A stretch of 64,000 nucleotides of DNA. It comes from an uncultured Nitrososphaerota archaeon (GTDB taxonomy: Archaea; Thermoproteota; Nitrososphaeria; Nitrososphaerales; CADDZS01). The stretch is taken from the NCBI GenBank assembly GCA_963799845.1, contig CAWCYI010000006.1:1472001-1536000 (forward strand), read 5' to 3'. The notes below the pieces were generated by a model. It was not told where the DNA came from. It did no database searches and worked only from the letters and a program-made list of their open reading frames with translations. Shown one piece after another: positions 50,119-59,920 of the stretch. The position numbers and the translations under genes are program-made. How positions within the stretch are numbered: the stretch's first letter is position 1; the number at the start of each line of letters is the position of its first letter.

Positions 50119-51279
50119 TCATTCTACGAAAGGAGTCTTTGACTTCAGAATGATTTCTGATACTTCGGGGCGCATGAACTCTTTGGGCGGAGTCTCGCCG
50201 GATTGGAACATTTTCCTCAGTTTTGTCCCACTGAATGTCAATCTGTCAGATTCGGAATGTGGGCAAATCTTCTCATTCGCAATTCCGGCGCACTTGTTGC
50301 AGTAAAAGAATTCACGGAAAAATACGGCCTGGATGCCAAGATCCGGAAATTCCTTGAAAATCTCGTGCGCCGCATATGGGCCGTAATAATTCCCTACTCC
50401 CGCATGATCTCTGCCGATTGCAATGTGAGTACATCCAAAGTTCTTCCTCATAATTGCGTGCATTATTGCTTCTTTTGGCCCCGCATACTGCATCTCGTAA
50501 TGCAGTACGCTCAAAACGACAGAGTTCTTGGGGTAGTAATTCTTGACGAGCGCCTGGTATGTTTCTAGTATGACCTCGTCAGTGAAATCTCCAGCTTTTT
50601 TCTTCCCCAAGACGGGATTTATGAAAATTCCATCGGCGAAAGCAAGACCTGTCTTTTGTACATATTCGTGCCCTATGTGTGGTGCATTCCTAGTTTGAAA
50701 GGCAATGATCTCCTTCCATCCTTTTTCTTTGAAGAGTACTCTTGTTTCCTTTGGACTGAGGGTGAAATTCTCGAAAGGTCCTTTGTCGAACTTAACGACT
50801 GACTTTAGCCTTCCACCGACAACCCGATCAGATGATGCGTAAATTTTTGCTACGCCCGGATGCGCTTCGTCTTCAGTTCCGAATACCTTCTTGGCATATT
50901 CTTTCTTTGAAATCGAAAACAATTCTCCAAATTCGAGCAGCCCCACCGCGCGCCCGCCGTCATCAACCAATGTAATTTCATCGCTCGCCCCCGCGCTGAA
51001 ACTATCCGGAACGTGGAGCAAAACGGGAATCGTCCAGGGCGTATCGTCTGCGAGCCTCATGTTTTCAATCACGTTTTCGTAATCTGTCTTCCCCATAAAT
51101 CCGGTCAGTGGACTCAGGACACCGGTTGAAATGTTGAACATCTGGACCATTGTCTCATGCGAAACCTGAACGACCACGTTCTCTGCAAGCTCATTCTCCT
51201 TCTCTTGCGAACTTTCGATTGCCCTCACCTGGACAAGTCTTCCGCCGTGTGGAGATAACGACATACGAAAAACACCCAC
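50119..51279 (-). CDS. sat: Sulfate adenylyltransferase (ATP sulfurylase)
   Basis: PHGG, AFQTRNAPHIGHE, YAGPKEAIMHAIMRKNFGCTH, GRDHAGVG and SGTKLR motifs. Confidence 0.97.
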   Translation of the reverse strand: MGVFRMSLSPHGGRLVQVRAIESSQEKENELAENVVVQVSHETMVQMFNISTGVLSPLTGFMGKTDYENVIENMRLADDTPWTIPVLLHVPDSFSAGASDEITLVDDGGRAVGLLEFGELFSISKKEYAKKVFGTEDEAHPGVAKIYASSDRVVGGRLKSVVKFDKGPFENFTLSPKETRVLFKEKGWKEIIAFQTRNAPHIGHEYVQKTGLAFADGIFINPVLGKKKAGDFTDEVILETYQALVKNYYPKNSVVLSVLHYEMQYAGPKEAIMHAIMRKNFGCTHIAIGRDHAGVGNYYGPYAAHEIFKEFPDLGIQAVFFREFFYCNKCAGIANEKICPHSESDRLTFSGTKLRKMFQSGETPPKEFMRPEVSEIILKSKTPFVE

Positions 51280-51286
51280 TATTCCT

Positions 51287-51523
51287 CTACAAATAGCCCA
51301 AAGCTTTCAGCCTTGCTTTGATCTCTTCCACATCTGTACTCGTAAAAGGCTCGGGTATGTCTTTCGTCTCGTGCATCGCAACAACCTCTCTCAAGACATA
51401 GGTCACATAATCAGAGACAGATTTGAAACCGCTTTTCTTTATGATCATCTTTTCAATTCTATCATGCAAAGTGATCGGGATAGAAACCGTAGTGTATTTT
51501 GACTGGGTAGTAGTTTGAGGCAT
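51287..51523 (-). CDS. CopG/RHH protein with C-terminal ARLKALGYL tail, first gene of the sat operon
   Basis: YTTVSIPITLHDRI...GFKSVSDYVTYVLRE...EEIKARLKALGYL. Confidence 0.88.
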   Translation of the reverse strand: MPQTTTQSKYTTVSIPITLHDRIEKMIIKKSGFKSVSDYVTYVLREVVAMHETKDIPEPFTSTDVEEIKARLKALGYL

Positions 51524-51548
51524 GATGAAAGTACAAACATAAAATTTG

Positions 51549-51561
51549 ATTATATATAATT
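51549..51561 (-). promoter_or_regulatory. TATA box of the leaderless RHH-sat-AlkP-cysC transcript
   Basis: ATTATATATAAT about 26-37 nt upstream of ATG 51523. Confidence 0.55.
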
Positions 51562-52124
51562 AGTGCAGTTTAGGGTATCGAACATCGATGCATATCTTCT
51601 TCTGACACATTTGAATAAATCAAGAATGTTTTTGGACCTCTTCCGGTGAATTAAGTTATTACTCTAGCATAGAATTTTCGCTTACACAATTGAGGGGATA
51701 AGCAAAAAAGCGGAGACAGCTCGCAGGGATAAAATAGGATGACTTTGACCGCCTAAAACCAAGCTCGGCAATTGGATTCCGATTTCTGTTTTAGTTCGAG
51801 AATCTTGAATATTGGGTGATACCCCCATGTCGAAGACTCATTGGATCGTGAACATTCCTTCTCCAACCAAATCCTCGAACCTCGAAGCTGCAAACCCTTA
51901 CCTTATCTGTAGAGTTGAATTTTTCCCGATTATCTCTAAACTTAAGATCGGAGAAAAATCTTACATGTAGTTGTTCAAAACCTCGCATATTCTGCACCCA
52001 ATCTGCATATATATTACGAATAAATACAGTGGTCGGGAAATACATTCTTGATGGTTGCAAGATGCCATAGGCTATTCCCGGAAAAACAACTAACAGTTCC
52101 CGAAATAGGAGAAATAGAATCGAA

Positions 52125-53102
52125 TTGAGCGATCAGTATCGGAGAAGGCTTTCCACTAGAATTACCATGGTCATTGATCGGCTGTATGGGCTTGTTCGGG
52201 AGGAGTTCGATCAAATATCCGAACACGTCGACATTGTCGAAATAGGATGGGGCCTCCCGCTCATATGGAAAGAAGAAGCACTCGCTTCGAGAATCAAATA
52301 CTATCGAAAGAACGGCATTCGAGTTTCCACATCAGGCACTCTTCTGGAACACTCCATTTTCCATAATTCTGTTGAGGCGACCCTGAAGAAAGTTCACAAG
52401 CTAGGATTTGACCTGGTCGAAATATCGGATGGAATTATTGATCTCTCGCAGGAGGACAAGATCAGATTTTCCAAGGAAGTAAAGTCGCACGGCTTTGACA
52501 CTCTCATCGCCGTAGGGAAGAAGGATCCCGCAAGTCAGCTTTCTCCCGCGGAGACCGTTTCACAAATCGAAACCGCGCTTTCTTTGAACCCAGTCAAGGT
52601 GGTTTTGGAGGGACGGGAGCGCGGGCGCGGCGTAGGAATTTACGATGAAAACGGTATCATAAAGTGGAACGATTTGAGGTCGATCACGAATAGGATCGAT
52701 CAAAAAGACATCATATTTGAAGCCCCGAGCGAGACCCAACAGGCATCGTTAATCCTCGAGCTTGGTTCGGATGTGAACATCGGCAACGTGGCACTGACGT
52801 CGGTTGCCTCTCTGGAATCTGAGCGCCAGGGATTGAGGTTCGACACGTTCGGGATTGACAGGCCGCAAAAAAACGTCACTGGAGGGCCGTCAGTAAAATT
52901 CGTCTTGTTTGCAATAAGAAATTACCAGCCAGTCGATCAGCAGCAGCTGGTATCAATGACGCGTCTTCCACTGAGAACAGTGCAAAAAGCCCTTGAGCAG
53001 TTGCTAAAGAATAAACTGATCACCGAACATCCAGACTTTGAAGACAGAAGAAGCCGTATTTACAGGACGACCGGAGCTTCGTCTCCAATTTCAAGAAGGT
53101 AG
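52125..53102 (+). CDS. comA: Phosphosulfolactate synthase (ComA)-like domain fused to C-terminal winged HTH
   Basis: GWG, GTLLE, VEISDG, VGKK, EGRE.G.GVG, IIFEAP and RQGLRFDT motifs; tail LVSMTRLPLRTVQKALEQL...DRRSRIY. Confidence 0.85.
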   Translation: MSDQYRRRLSTRITMVIDRLYGLVREEFDQISEHVDIVEIGWGLPLIWKEEALASRIKYYRKNGIRVSTSGTLLEHSIFHNSVEATLKKVHKLGFDLVEISDGIIDLSQEDKIRFSKEVKSHGFDTLIAVGKKDPASQLSPAETVSQIETALSLNPVKVVLEGRERGRGVGIYDENGIIKWNDLRSITNRIDQKDIIFEAPSETQQASLILELGSDVNIGNVALTSVASLESERQGLRFDTFGIDRPQKNVTGGPSVKFVLFAIRNYQPVDQQQLVSMTRLPLRTVQKALEQLLKNKLITEHPDFEDRRSRIYRTTGASSPISRR

Positions 53103-53135
53103 AGTGTTTACTTAATTAGAGCAAGGCCGACATCC

Positions 53136-53306
53136 ATGGCCCAAATTAAACGTCAAGCTAGTTCGAGAGTAATCGAAAGACTGGTGGGCAATCTTTCCGT
53201 TACGCACGACAAAAAAGTTCTAGTCGAGCATTCGCTTCATCTCAGTCTCATGAAGCTGCCAGTCACAGGTGAGACAGAGAAATTGCTTGTGATCAGAACA
53301 GTATGA
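53136..53306 (+). CDS. Possible 56-aa small protein
   Basis: ATG..TGA ORF MAQIKRQASSRVIERLVG..., with a TATA-like TTTACTTAA about 25 nt upstream. Confidence 0.4.
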   Translation: MAQIKRQASSRVIERLVGNLSVTHDKKVLVEHSLHLSLMKLPVTGETEKLLVIRTV

Positions 53307-53904
53307 AACCTCCTCATCGTAACCGCATTTCTCGCAGAAACTGTAAGTTACCAACTAGCTCATGCACGAACTCTCGTTGGACCGCCCTATTTACACTAGA
53401 AGATCGTTTTTGAAATTCGTAATCGGATGATCAGAAATCCCGTCGGAGTGCCTAAATTTACTCCATCTCTGGACATTCAAGATTTCAAAGAATCTGTGAC
53501 TTGATTTAGAATTCTTTGTCTCCTAAATTGGAGTCATCAAGTGGCATTCTCTTTGGAAGAAAAACGATTGGCCAAATCTGGGGCTTTGCGGATTGTAGGG
53601 CCAAGAGAGGGTCTGGAGTTATCGCAAGATTAGTCCTGAGCCGCTCCACGTGACTTCGTACATTCAATTTTCTTCCAAAGGGGTGGTCAAGGCCTGGACC
53701 GAAATAAATCCTCAAGGGACGGGCCTGAGGCGAGTAATCGAAATTTGTGAAGTTGCCAGAAATCTTCTGTAAAACGGGTTCTCGGAATCCTTTCGAAATC
53801 TCTCCGGCCCTCAAAAATGGCGATTCCGTAATCTTGCCTAAAGCGGAAAGTATGAAATCGTTCTGTATAGCCCCTTAAGAACTAAAAATTATGCAGAAAA
53901 ATGA

Positions 53905-53930
53905 AATTAACCCAATAAATTGGGTTAATT
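53905..53930. terminator. Perfect 12-bp inverted repeat abutting the stop of 53931..54149
   Basis: AATTAACCCAAT-aa-ATTGGGTTAATT. Confidence 0.5.
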
Positions 53931-54149
53931 CTAGTCGAAATATAGAGGATTTAATTTGGAAACCCTTGACGGTATACCCAATCTAGCGCTGGTCCTTCGG
54001 CGCGAAGCGGTCTGCTGACATTGCTTGGAACAGTACTTTCTCCTGAGGCCGAAAATAGCCGATTCGTTCTCCGAGAGCTTTTCGCCGCAAAAGTCGCAAA
54101 ATCTGTCCTTGACTTCTTCTTTCTTTTGTTTCAATTTTACTTCTGCCAT
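53931..54149 (-). CDS. Small treble-clef (TRASH/MYM-like) zinc-finger protein
   Basis: CDFCGEKL...RKYCSKQC. Confidence 0.75.
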   Translation of the reverse strand: MAEVKLKQKKEEVKDRFCDFCGEKLSENESAIFGLRRKYCSKQCQQTASRRRTSARLGIPSRVSKLNPLYFD

Positions 54150-54493
54150 GCATCAACACGTTCCTTTACTTTCTAGAATCTCAATGATCTGATGAGTAAA
54201 GGCGAGAATTTTATCCGCTATATACTTGACGGCTCGCTTGCGAAAATTCCATTTCACATGTAGAGGTCGTGCCGTTGCAATACAAAGTCCTCTTTTTTAC
54301 GATTAAATTGTCGATAACTGGAGAAAATTGGAATGTCCCTCGACTGGAGACGAACGTGTGCACTTTTTAAGAAAATAGTATGCTAATCATGAAATTAGAA
54401 GCCAAAATTCAACCATTAGGATTGCAGATAATAAGACGAAATCAGGAGTTAGAAATCGTACCTCTAAAATAAGACTTTAGGGCATCAATTCTC

Positions 54494-56419
54494 GTGCAGC
54501 GCGGATTATCGAAATCAACTAAAAGGGTGGTTGTGAAAAATCACCTTCGCGGCTTGGACGAAGCCGAAAATGCCAAGAGTTCAAGCTCTTTATCTAGAAC
54601 TGTGTTGACCACAGGAGAAATTAATTCCGTTATCAGTGAATTTGAGTCCGAGGCTGAGAAGAAGGGACTCGAATCAGTTTCAAAGGACTATGGAGTTAAT
54701 AACTTGACTAGAGACCTATGGGAGGTTGCGAGCTTCAAGCGCAAAAACAAAATCGAGTTGTCTTCCATGCTTGAAGGGGGGAGTATTGCGGTCGCCCTCA
54801 AGAAATTTGGCGCCGGCATGCCAGAATTTGAACAGTTTTTGAATTCAGTCTACACCAGATCTCTGGAAAAGGGTTACACTCCAAATGAAATAATTTCTCA
54901 GAGTGCCAAACTAGAGGCTCTGGAAAAAAAGTACGGGATGAAGTTTGACTCTCTAAAGACAACCTACGAAGATATAGGCAAATCTCTCGCCGGTAGGAAG
55001 AAAGAGAAAACTGATCTCGAGTCAGGGATCGCACAGCTTTCTCAGAGAAAGACCGATCTTATGGCTCGCTATACCCTGGATGAGCAAAAGATCCAGGATT
55101 ATGCAAGCACCAAACAGCAACTTGCACTTGCAGGACTCGATATCATCAGCCTGCAAAATTTGAAGAATTTCTTGGTGGCTCTGAAGAGCGAGAAGTTTGA
55201 CTCCAAGAAGATAATCGACAAGCTAAATTCGATAACAGATCTCCAGGCTCAGTTAACACGGATCCAGCAGGAAGCAAAGGTTGCCAGGCAGGACTTGGAT
55301 GAAAAAAAATCTCTTCTCTCCGAAATCAAGAAGCTAGAAGAATTGAAGCTGACCGTCGAGCAAGTTGAAAGACTCCGAGGTCTCATAGTGAGAATCTCTT
55401 CTGATCATAAAGTCGATCCGCTTCAGGCGTATAATCGATTTGAGCAGGATATATTGCAGAGCTACAATACGATACTGGGGCTGAGACCTGAAGCTTCGAG
55501 GCTGGAGGAAAACAAAAGGAGAATCGAAGCCGAAATCAGCACCAAAAAGAAGGATCTGGAATCTGTTGAAGCGACAGTCTCGGACAAAATCAAGAAGCTT
55601 GACGAAAAGTACTCCAAACAGAAAGAGGAAGTTGAAGCTTACAACCAGCTGAGGGCGCTGGGAATCGACGGCAAGAGAATCTTGTCATGGAATCAAATAA
55701 TGAAGTCTGCCAATCTCGACTATGGAACTATCGAGGGGGAGCTGAGAAATCAAGCAAACCTCAAGGGCCTGGAAGACAAGACGAGCGCGAAGATCAAAGA
55801 GCTCGTAGCAGAGGAGCTGAGACTTTCGCAGTCGGTCTCTCAACTCAATCAAGAAAAACAGAAAATAGAATCCTCGATTTCGGTGATGCGAGAGAGCGCT
55901 CTGAGCGGAATCGGCGAATTGAGCTCGAAAATACTAACGTCGATCTCCACTCTCAAGGAACAGGCCGAGGAAAGATTGACAGAAACTGCCAGCGAGAGTC
56001 AAAAGTCGCTGGAAGATATGAGAAATTCAACTCAACAACAAATCAAACAGGTCTCTGATTCAGCACTTTCCGACCTGAAGAAGACAGTTTCCGAGCTAAG
56101 GTCGTCGACCGAGGATTTTTCGAAAGAGCTCAAGAGTTCAATTCAACTGGCGGGTCCGGAAATCAAGAATGTCGGACTGGCTCTTGAAGCCGGTGAAAAG
56201 CTTGGAAAATATAGGAACATCCTGCCTCTGTTGCAGTTGATCGATGGAAATGGCAATGGAGACGAGTCCGAAGCGCTAATTGCGATGTGGAATCTGTCCA
56301 GTCGGTTTCATGCATGGCTCGAGAACCATTACCCGGACTCGAAAAAGGACATGTCTGAACCGCTTGCCGAACTTCTGAAATCGATAAACGACGAAATACA
56401 AAGAGTTGGCGTGGATTAA
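54494..56419 (+). CDS. Long coiled-coil protein, paralog of 34262..35517
   Basis: Extended heptads; C-terminal ILPLLQLIDGNG...MWNLSSRFHAWL; no Walker A motif. Confidence 0.8.
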   Translation: MQRGLSKSTKRVVVKNHLRGLDEAENAKSSSSLSRTVLTTGEINSVISEFESEAEKKGLESVSKDYGVNNLTRDLWEVASFKRKNKIELSSMLEGGSIAVALKKFGAGMPEFEQFLNSVYTRSLEKGYTPNEIISQSAKLEALEKKYGMKFDSLKTTYEDIGKSLAGRKKEKTDLESGIAQLSQRKTDLMARYTLDEQKIQDYASTKQQLALAGLDIISLQNLKNFLVALKSEKFDSKKIIDKLNSITDLQAQLTRIQQEAKVARQDLDEKKSLLSEIKKLEELKLTVEQVERLRGLIVRISSDHKVDPLQAYNRFEQDILQSYNTILGLRPEASRLEENKRRIEAEISTKKKDLESVEATVSDKIKKLDEKYSKQKEEVEAYNQLRALGIDGKRILSWNQIMKSANLDYGTIEGELRNQANLKGLEDKTSAKIKELVAEELRLSQSVSQLNQEKQKIESSISVMRESALSGIGELSSKILTSISTLKEQAEERLTETASESQKSLEDMRNSTQQQIKQVSDSALSDLKKTVSELRSSTEDFSKELKSSIQLAGPEIKNVGLALEAGEKLGKYRNILPLLQLIDGNGNGDESEALIAMWNLSSRFHAWLENHYPDSKKDMSEPLAELLKSINDEIQRVGVD

Positions 56420-56933
56420 GGAGGCCGAAGGTATGTCGGTCCCCGAAAGCTCCAGTGAAGACAAATTCCAGGAAATCTTTCAGATTTTTGAATCTTCCGA
56501 CCGTGATCTGGGAGAAGACCTGTGGTTAATTGCGGAAAGGATCATGCTGTACAGACTCACCAGAGCCGGCGAACAAAAGCGGATAGAGCTCGCTTCCATG
56601 GTTCATTTGATTCATGAAATAATGTCAGAAACCGAAGCGGCAGAGAAGCTATCTCCGGAAATTGTTCAGCTTAATAATTCAGCTTCGGACGGATTCAAAG
56701 GCGATTCAGAGGCGAACCTTTCTCTGGTCTTCACGACTGTGGTCGACGAAACGGAAAAAATGAACCCCGAGCAGTTGTATCGACTCATCTCGGCGCTGAG
56801 AAAGTTCGAATTGCCACCGCAAAACGATCTTGCTATCGAGCCCTTGGAGAAGGCGCAGGAGTATCTCGGCGAAAGTCTCACGCAAGATTCTCAGTGGGAC
56901 TATCTAGCTGATGACGCCAGCTCTTTGACATAA
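56406..56933 (+). CDS. Acidic helical hypothetical protein
   Basis: 175-aa ORF directly after the coiled-coil gene. Confidence 0.65.
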   Translation: MAWIKEAEGMSVPESSSEDKFQEIFQIFESSDRDLGEDLWLIAERIMLYRLTRAGEQKRIELASMVHLIHEIMSETEAAEKLSPEIVQLNNSASDGFKGDSEANLSLVFTTVVDETEKMNPEQLYRLISALRKFELPPQNDLAIEPLEKAQEYLGESLTQDSQWDYLADDASSLT

Positions 56934-57088
56934 TCTTCAATTCTCACAATCTACTAGAACCGATACATTGGGCTAAAGACTGATTTTCGCCTTCCTTCGT
57001 TGTTCAACTTGTTGAACAGAAGAATTTGACACGATGGTGATGTGTTCAAAATAGATTGTTCTAATATGGTCTTTGACAGCATACTGGT

Positions 57089-58312
57089 ATGAGCTCCAGC
57101 CGAAGTCTGGTTTTTTCCGCGGTTATCGCTGCCGTGATAGCCATAGCTCTAGTTTCGGGAGTTGTCGCGATAGGCGTCCTCAACACGACGCAGACTACTT
57201 TGAGACATACTGGTGTTACCTCTTCTGTTGAAAGCAATAGTTCGGTTCAGGTTGGGCCTGCCAGCCAGTTGTCGGCTACAGTGACAACCAATTCTCAATC
57301 AACTTCTAGCATTGTAGCGGGACAGGGTGGCTCGCTCGCGGTATTGATGACTGACCCTCCCACTGTTCCGGACGGCGTTACCTCGGTTTTCATAAATTAT
57401 TCCAATCTGGCAATCCACATTAGCAGCGCTGGAAACGCCACAGGCTGGCATTCTTTGGGCGTTGCTGGGCAAATTGATCTCATGAGCGTGATCAACTCTA
57501 CGCAGACTGTCGCGGAGGCAAACATTACCTCGGGCAATTTCAATGCGCTCGCGTTCAATATAACCTCAGCCGTCGTGACATTTCAAGGGGTGAACTATTC
57601 TGCTGACCTGGTCTATCAAGACCACGAGCTCTTTGTGCCTATTGTTGGCGGGATTGACATAACCGATGGTCAGACGTCTGCTGCGGTCATCGACCTGACG
57701 CCAACGGTGCTTCTTTTGGGCAACGTTTCTGACCCCGTCTTTGCTTTCATCCCCTCTGCGAGAGCATACACCATCCCTGCGCAATCGGTCAGCACGCTCC
57801 ATCTGCAGGTAGGCGATAGGGATAAGATCCAAAATGCTTCCTGGTGGGTGAAGATCCTTCACGGTTCGAAGTTTGGGATCACCGGAATTACGCTAACTTC
57901 TTCCTCGCTGTCGTTCACCATCTCGAATAGTGGAAATTCGGCACTAGTATTTAGAATCGCGGACCTTTCCTCCACCATGTCCCCCGCCGGCGGGAATATC
58001 CCGATTTCAAATCTTGCGTCCACTTTGTCCATATCGGAGGTCTTTGTAATCGAGCACAATTCGACCCTTGTGCCGATAACAGTAGTTGGAAATGGAGTAG
58101 CGGACAAGTTGATTGATTCCTCCGGGTATCTTCTTCCGATTGGCAATTTGACTTCATTTTCTTACTCCGGCTCGATTACCCTTGGAGCGGCGCAGGTGCA
58201 GACAACAACTTTCAGGCACATGCCGGTTCAGGAGATAGTCCCGGGGCAGAAGTACGTCCTGACGTTGATCGGGAACGGATTGGTCGCGCAGGCGATTGTG
58301 ACGGCGTCCTAG
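57089..58312 (+). CDS. Membrane-anchored DUF4382 domain protein
   Basis: N-terminal TM, S/T linker, GSLAVLMTDPP...VTSVFINYSNLAIH. Confidence 0.8.
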   Translation: MSSSRSLVFSAVIAAVIAIALVSGVVAIGVLNTTQTTLRHTGVTSSVESNSSVQVGPASQLSATVTTNSQSTSSIVAGQGGSLAVLMTDPPTVPDGVTSVFINYSNLAIHISSAGNATGWHSLGVAGQIDLMSVINSTQTVAEANITSGNFNALAFNITSAVVTFQGVNYSADLVYQDHELFVPIVGGIDITDGQTSAAVIDLTPTVLLLGNVSDPVFAFIPSARAYTIPAQSVSTLHLQVGDRDKIQNASWWVKILHGSKFGITGITLTSSSLSFTISNSGNSALVFRIADLSSTMSPAGGNIPISNLASTLSISEVFVIEHNSTLVPITVVGNGVADKLIDSSGYLLPIGNLTSFSYSGSITLGAAQVQTTTFRHMPVQEIVPGQKYVLTLIGNGLVAQAIVTAS

Positions 58313-58554
58313 CAATTCGGAACTAAGCGGTTGCAATTCAGTTAGGTCAGAACTTTTACTAGATTCTCCAACATACTCGTATAGGATAGAGTGGATGATT
58401 TACCCTTTATCCCTCAGCGACCCCTCGTCTTCAATAGACGTGAATTGCTGACGAGCCACAGCGATGGGCGTTTTCGTAGCGATTGGATACCTTTTCGATT
58501 TGCTCGTTAGTATTATTCTGAGAACGACCGTTAGACCCAGGAGTGAAATGCAAG

Positions 58555-58809
58555 TTAAAGTCCGCGTTTGTAATCTACAAACAAAATGACCAGATATGGG
58601 GCTGGTATCATTCTCGTGATGGGAAATACGAATCTAAAGTCAAAATTGTAAACTGGACCCAGCGCGTGATGAACCACCGAGCAATTTGCTGGAGAGCAGT
58701 TGTAGTAATAGTTCAGGAGCAGGAGACAAGCCAGAAAGAAACTGGCGATTGCGAAAACAGCCTCCGTAAGAAAACCAGCAACCTTCGATACCCTCCCGCT
58801 TAACGCCAA
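58555..58809 (-). CDS. Small hypothetical membrane protein
   Basis: Hydrophobic N-terminal helix; the C-terminal TM may be frameshifted. Confidence 0.4.
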   Translation of the reverse strand: MALSGRVSKVAGFLTEAVFAIASFFLACLLLLNYYYNCSPANCSVVHHALGPVYNFDFRFVFPITRMIPAPYLVILFVDYKRGL

Positions 58810-58905
58810 TTTGTCGAAGTAGAACTACTTGAGGTATTTTTCAAGCATTTTCTATATAGAATAAATTCCAACTTTGGACTAGGGTATAGCATGCTCGGGC
58901 CGAGA

Positions 58906-59397
58906 TTAATGTCGAATGGGCTTATTGTAAAACCACTGCATTGGAGGAGGTTCGATGTCATCCTGCCAAAACAAGCAGATCAGCTCACCGAGGTGGTAGA
59001 GCTGCTCCGTGAAGGATTGGAATAAACACTCCTCAACTGTCAGGTCAAATTTTTTTCCTGAAGACAATTCAAAAGACACTTTCCTTTTGAGCTCGTCTGC
59101 GGTCGCCTTTGAAAAATAATCCAGTGTCTTTTTTTCAACTTCAGAGAGATGTTCTAGAATCATGCTCATATTGGTGTAATCGTTCGAGCTTCTTCGAGAA
59201 TATTCCTTCGACTTTTCATGGATAGCGTAGTTCACGATCCAATCTTCGTTGTCGATCATGTGGAGGAGAACGTTTTTCATCGAGTAGAAACTGGCTTCCC
59301 TGTTCTTCACAACTTCCTCCCAAGAAAGCTCCGACAGCTTGTTTGAGAAGCGTCTCCGCACGGTACGCGAGTATTCGTACAGTTCTGCTATGTCCAA
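58906..59397 (-). CDS. DinB/YfiT family protein
   Basis: LLHMIDNEDW and EQLYHLGEL motifs; TTG start after a GGTGA SD. Confidence 0.85.
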   Translation of the reverse strand: MDIAELYEYSRTVRRRFSNKLSELSWEEVVKNREASFYSMKNVLLHMIDNEDWIVNYAIHEKSKEYSRRSSNDYTNMSMILEHLSEVEKKTLDYFSKATADELKRKVSFELSSGKKFDLTVEECLFQSFTEQLYHLGELICLFWQDDIEPPPMQWFYNKPIRH

Positions 59398-59500
59398 AGA
59401 TCTCACCTGAATTTCTGGAATTGTGAAATAAAAAATGAAATGGAAGGTAGTGTGGAAGTCCGGTGCCTCAAAATATAGGAGCACGGGTCCTAAAGACCCG

Positions 59501-59920
59501 TTATTTCCATGCTCGTTTCTGCCTTATTTGTTTAGGCCATATCGAGTCAGCTATCTTCACAATGATGAAGATTACCAGGGCGACGATTATGAAAGTTATT
59601 ACAGCAACCGCAAAGTCTCCAAGCCCAAAAATTTGACTGCGAAAAGTAGTGGAATAAGTTGCGAGGTTTCCTAGCCCTGGAGCCACTAACCCTATAACCG
59701 GCATGATCAGATCTTTCACTAGAGACTGCACGACAGCACCGAGATAGAGACCCAAAATAAATGCGACCGCAAGTCCCAACACCTTGTACTGCTCCAAGAA
59801 GTTCACAAATTCCTTCCTCATTCCCTTTGCGGGCGGAGGGGCAGGCGCGGGTGTCAGCAACTTTATGATTTGGTCTAGTTTCTCCAGCACTTTGTCATCA
59901 CTTAATGTACCATCCGTCAT
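59501..59920 (-). CDS. mscL: MscL family mechanosensitive channel
   Basis: KEFVNFL...VLGLAVAFILG...VVQSLVKDLIMP...GDFAVAVITFIIVA. Confidence 0.9.
   Translation of the reverse strand: MTDGTLSDDKVLEKLDQIIKLLTPAPAPPPAKGMRKEFVNFLEQYKVLGLAVAFILGLYLGAVVQSLVKDLIMPVIGLVAPGLGNLATYSTTFRSQIFGLGDFAVAVITFIIVALVIFIIVKIADSIWPKQIRQKRAWK

Noticed and set aside
52125-53102. Coenzyme M pathway or methanogenesis marker
   Set aside because: No other com genes in the window and several ComA motifs are altered
54494-56419. SMC/Rad50 ATPase
   Set aside because: No Walker A/B, signature motif or zinc hook
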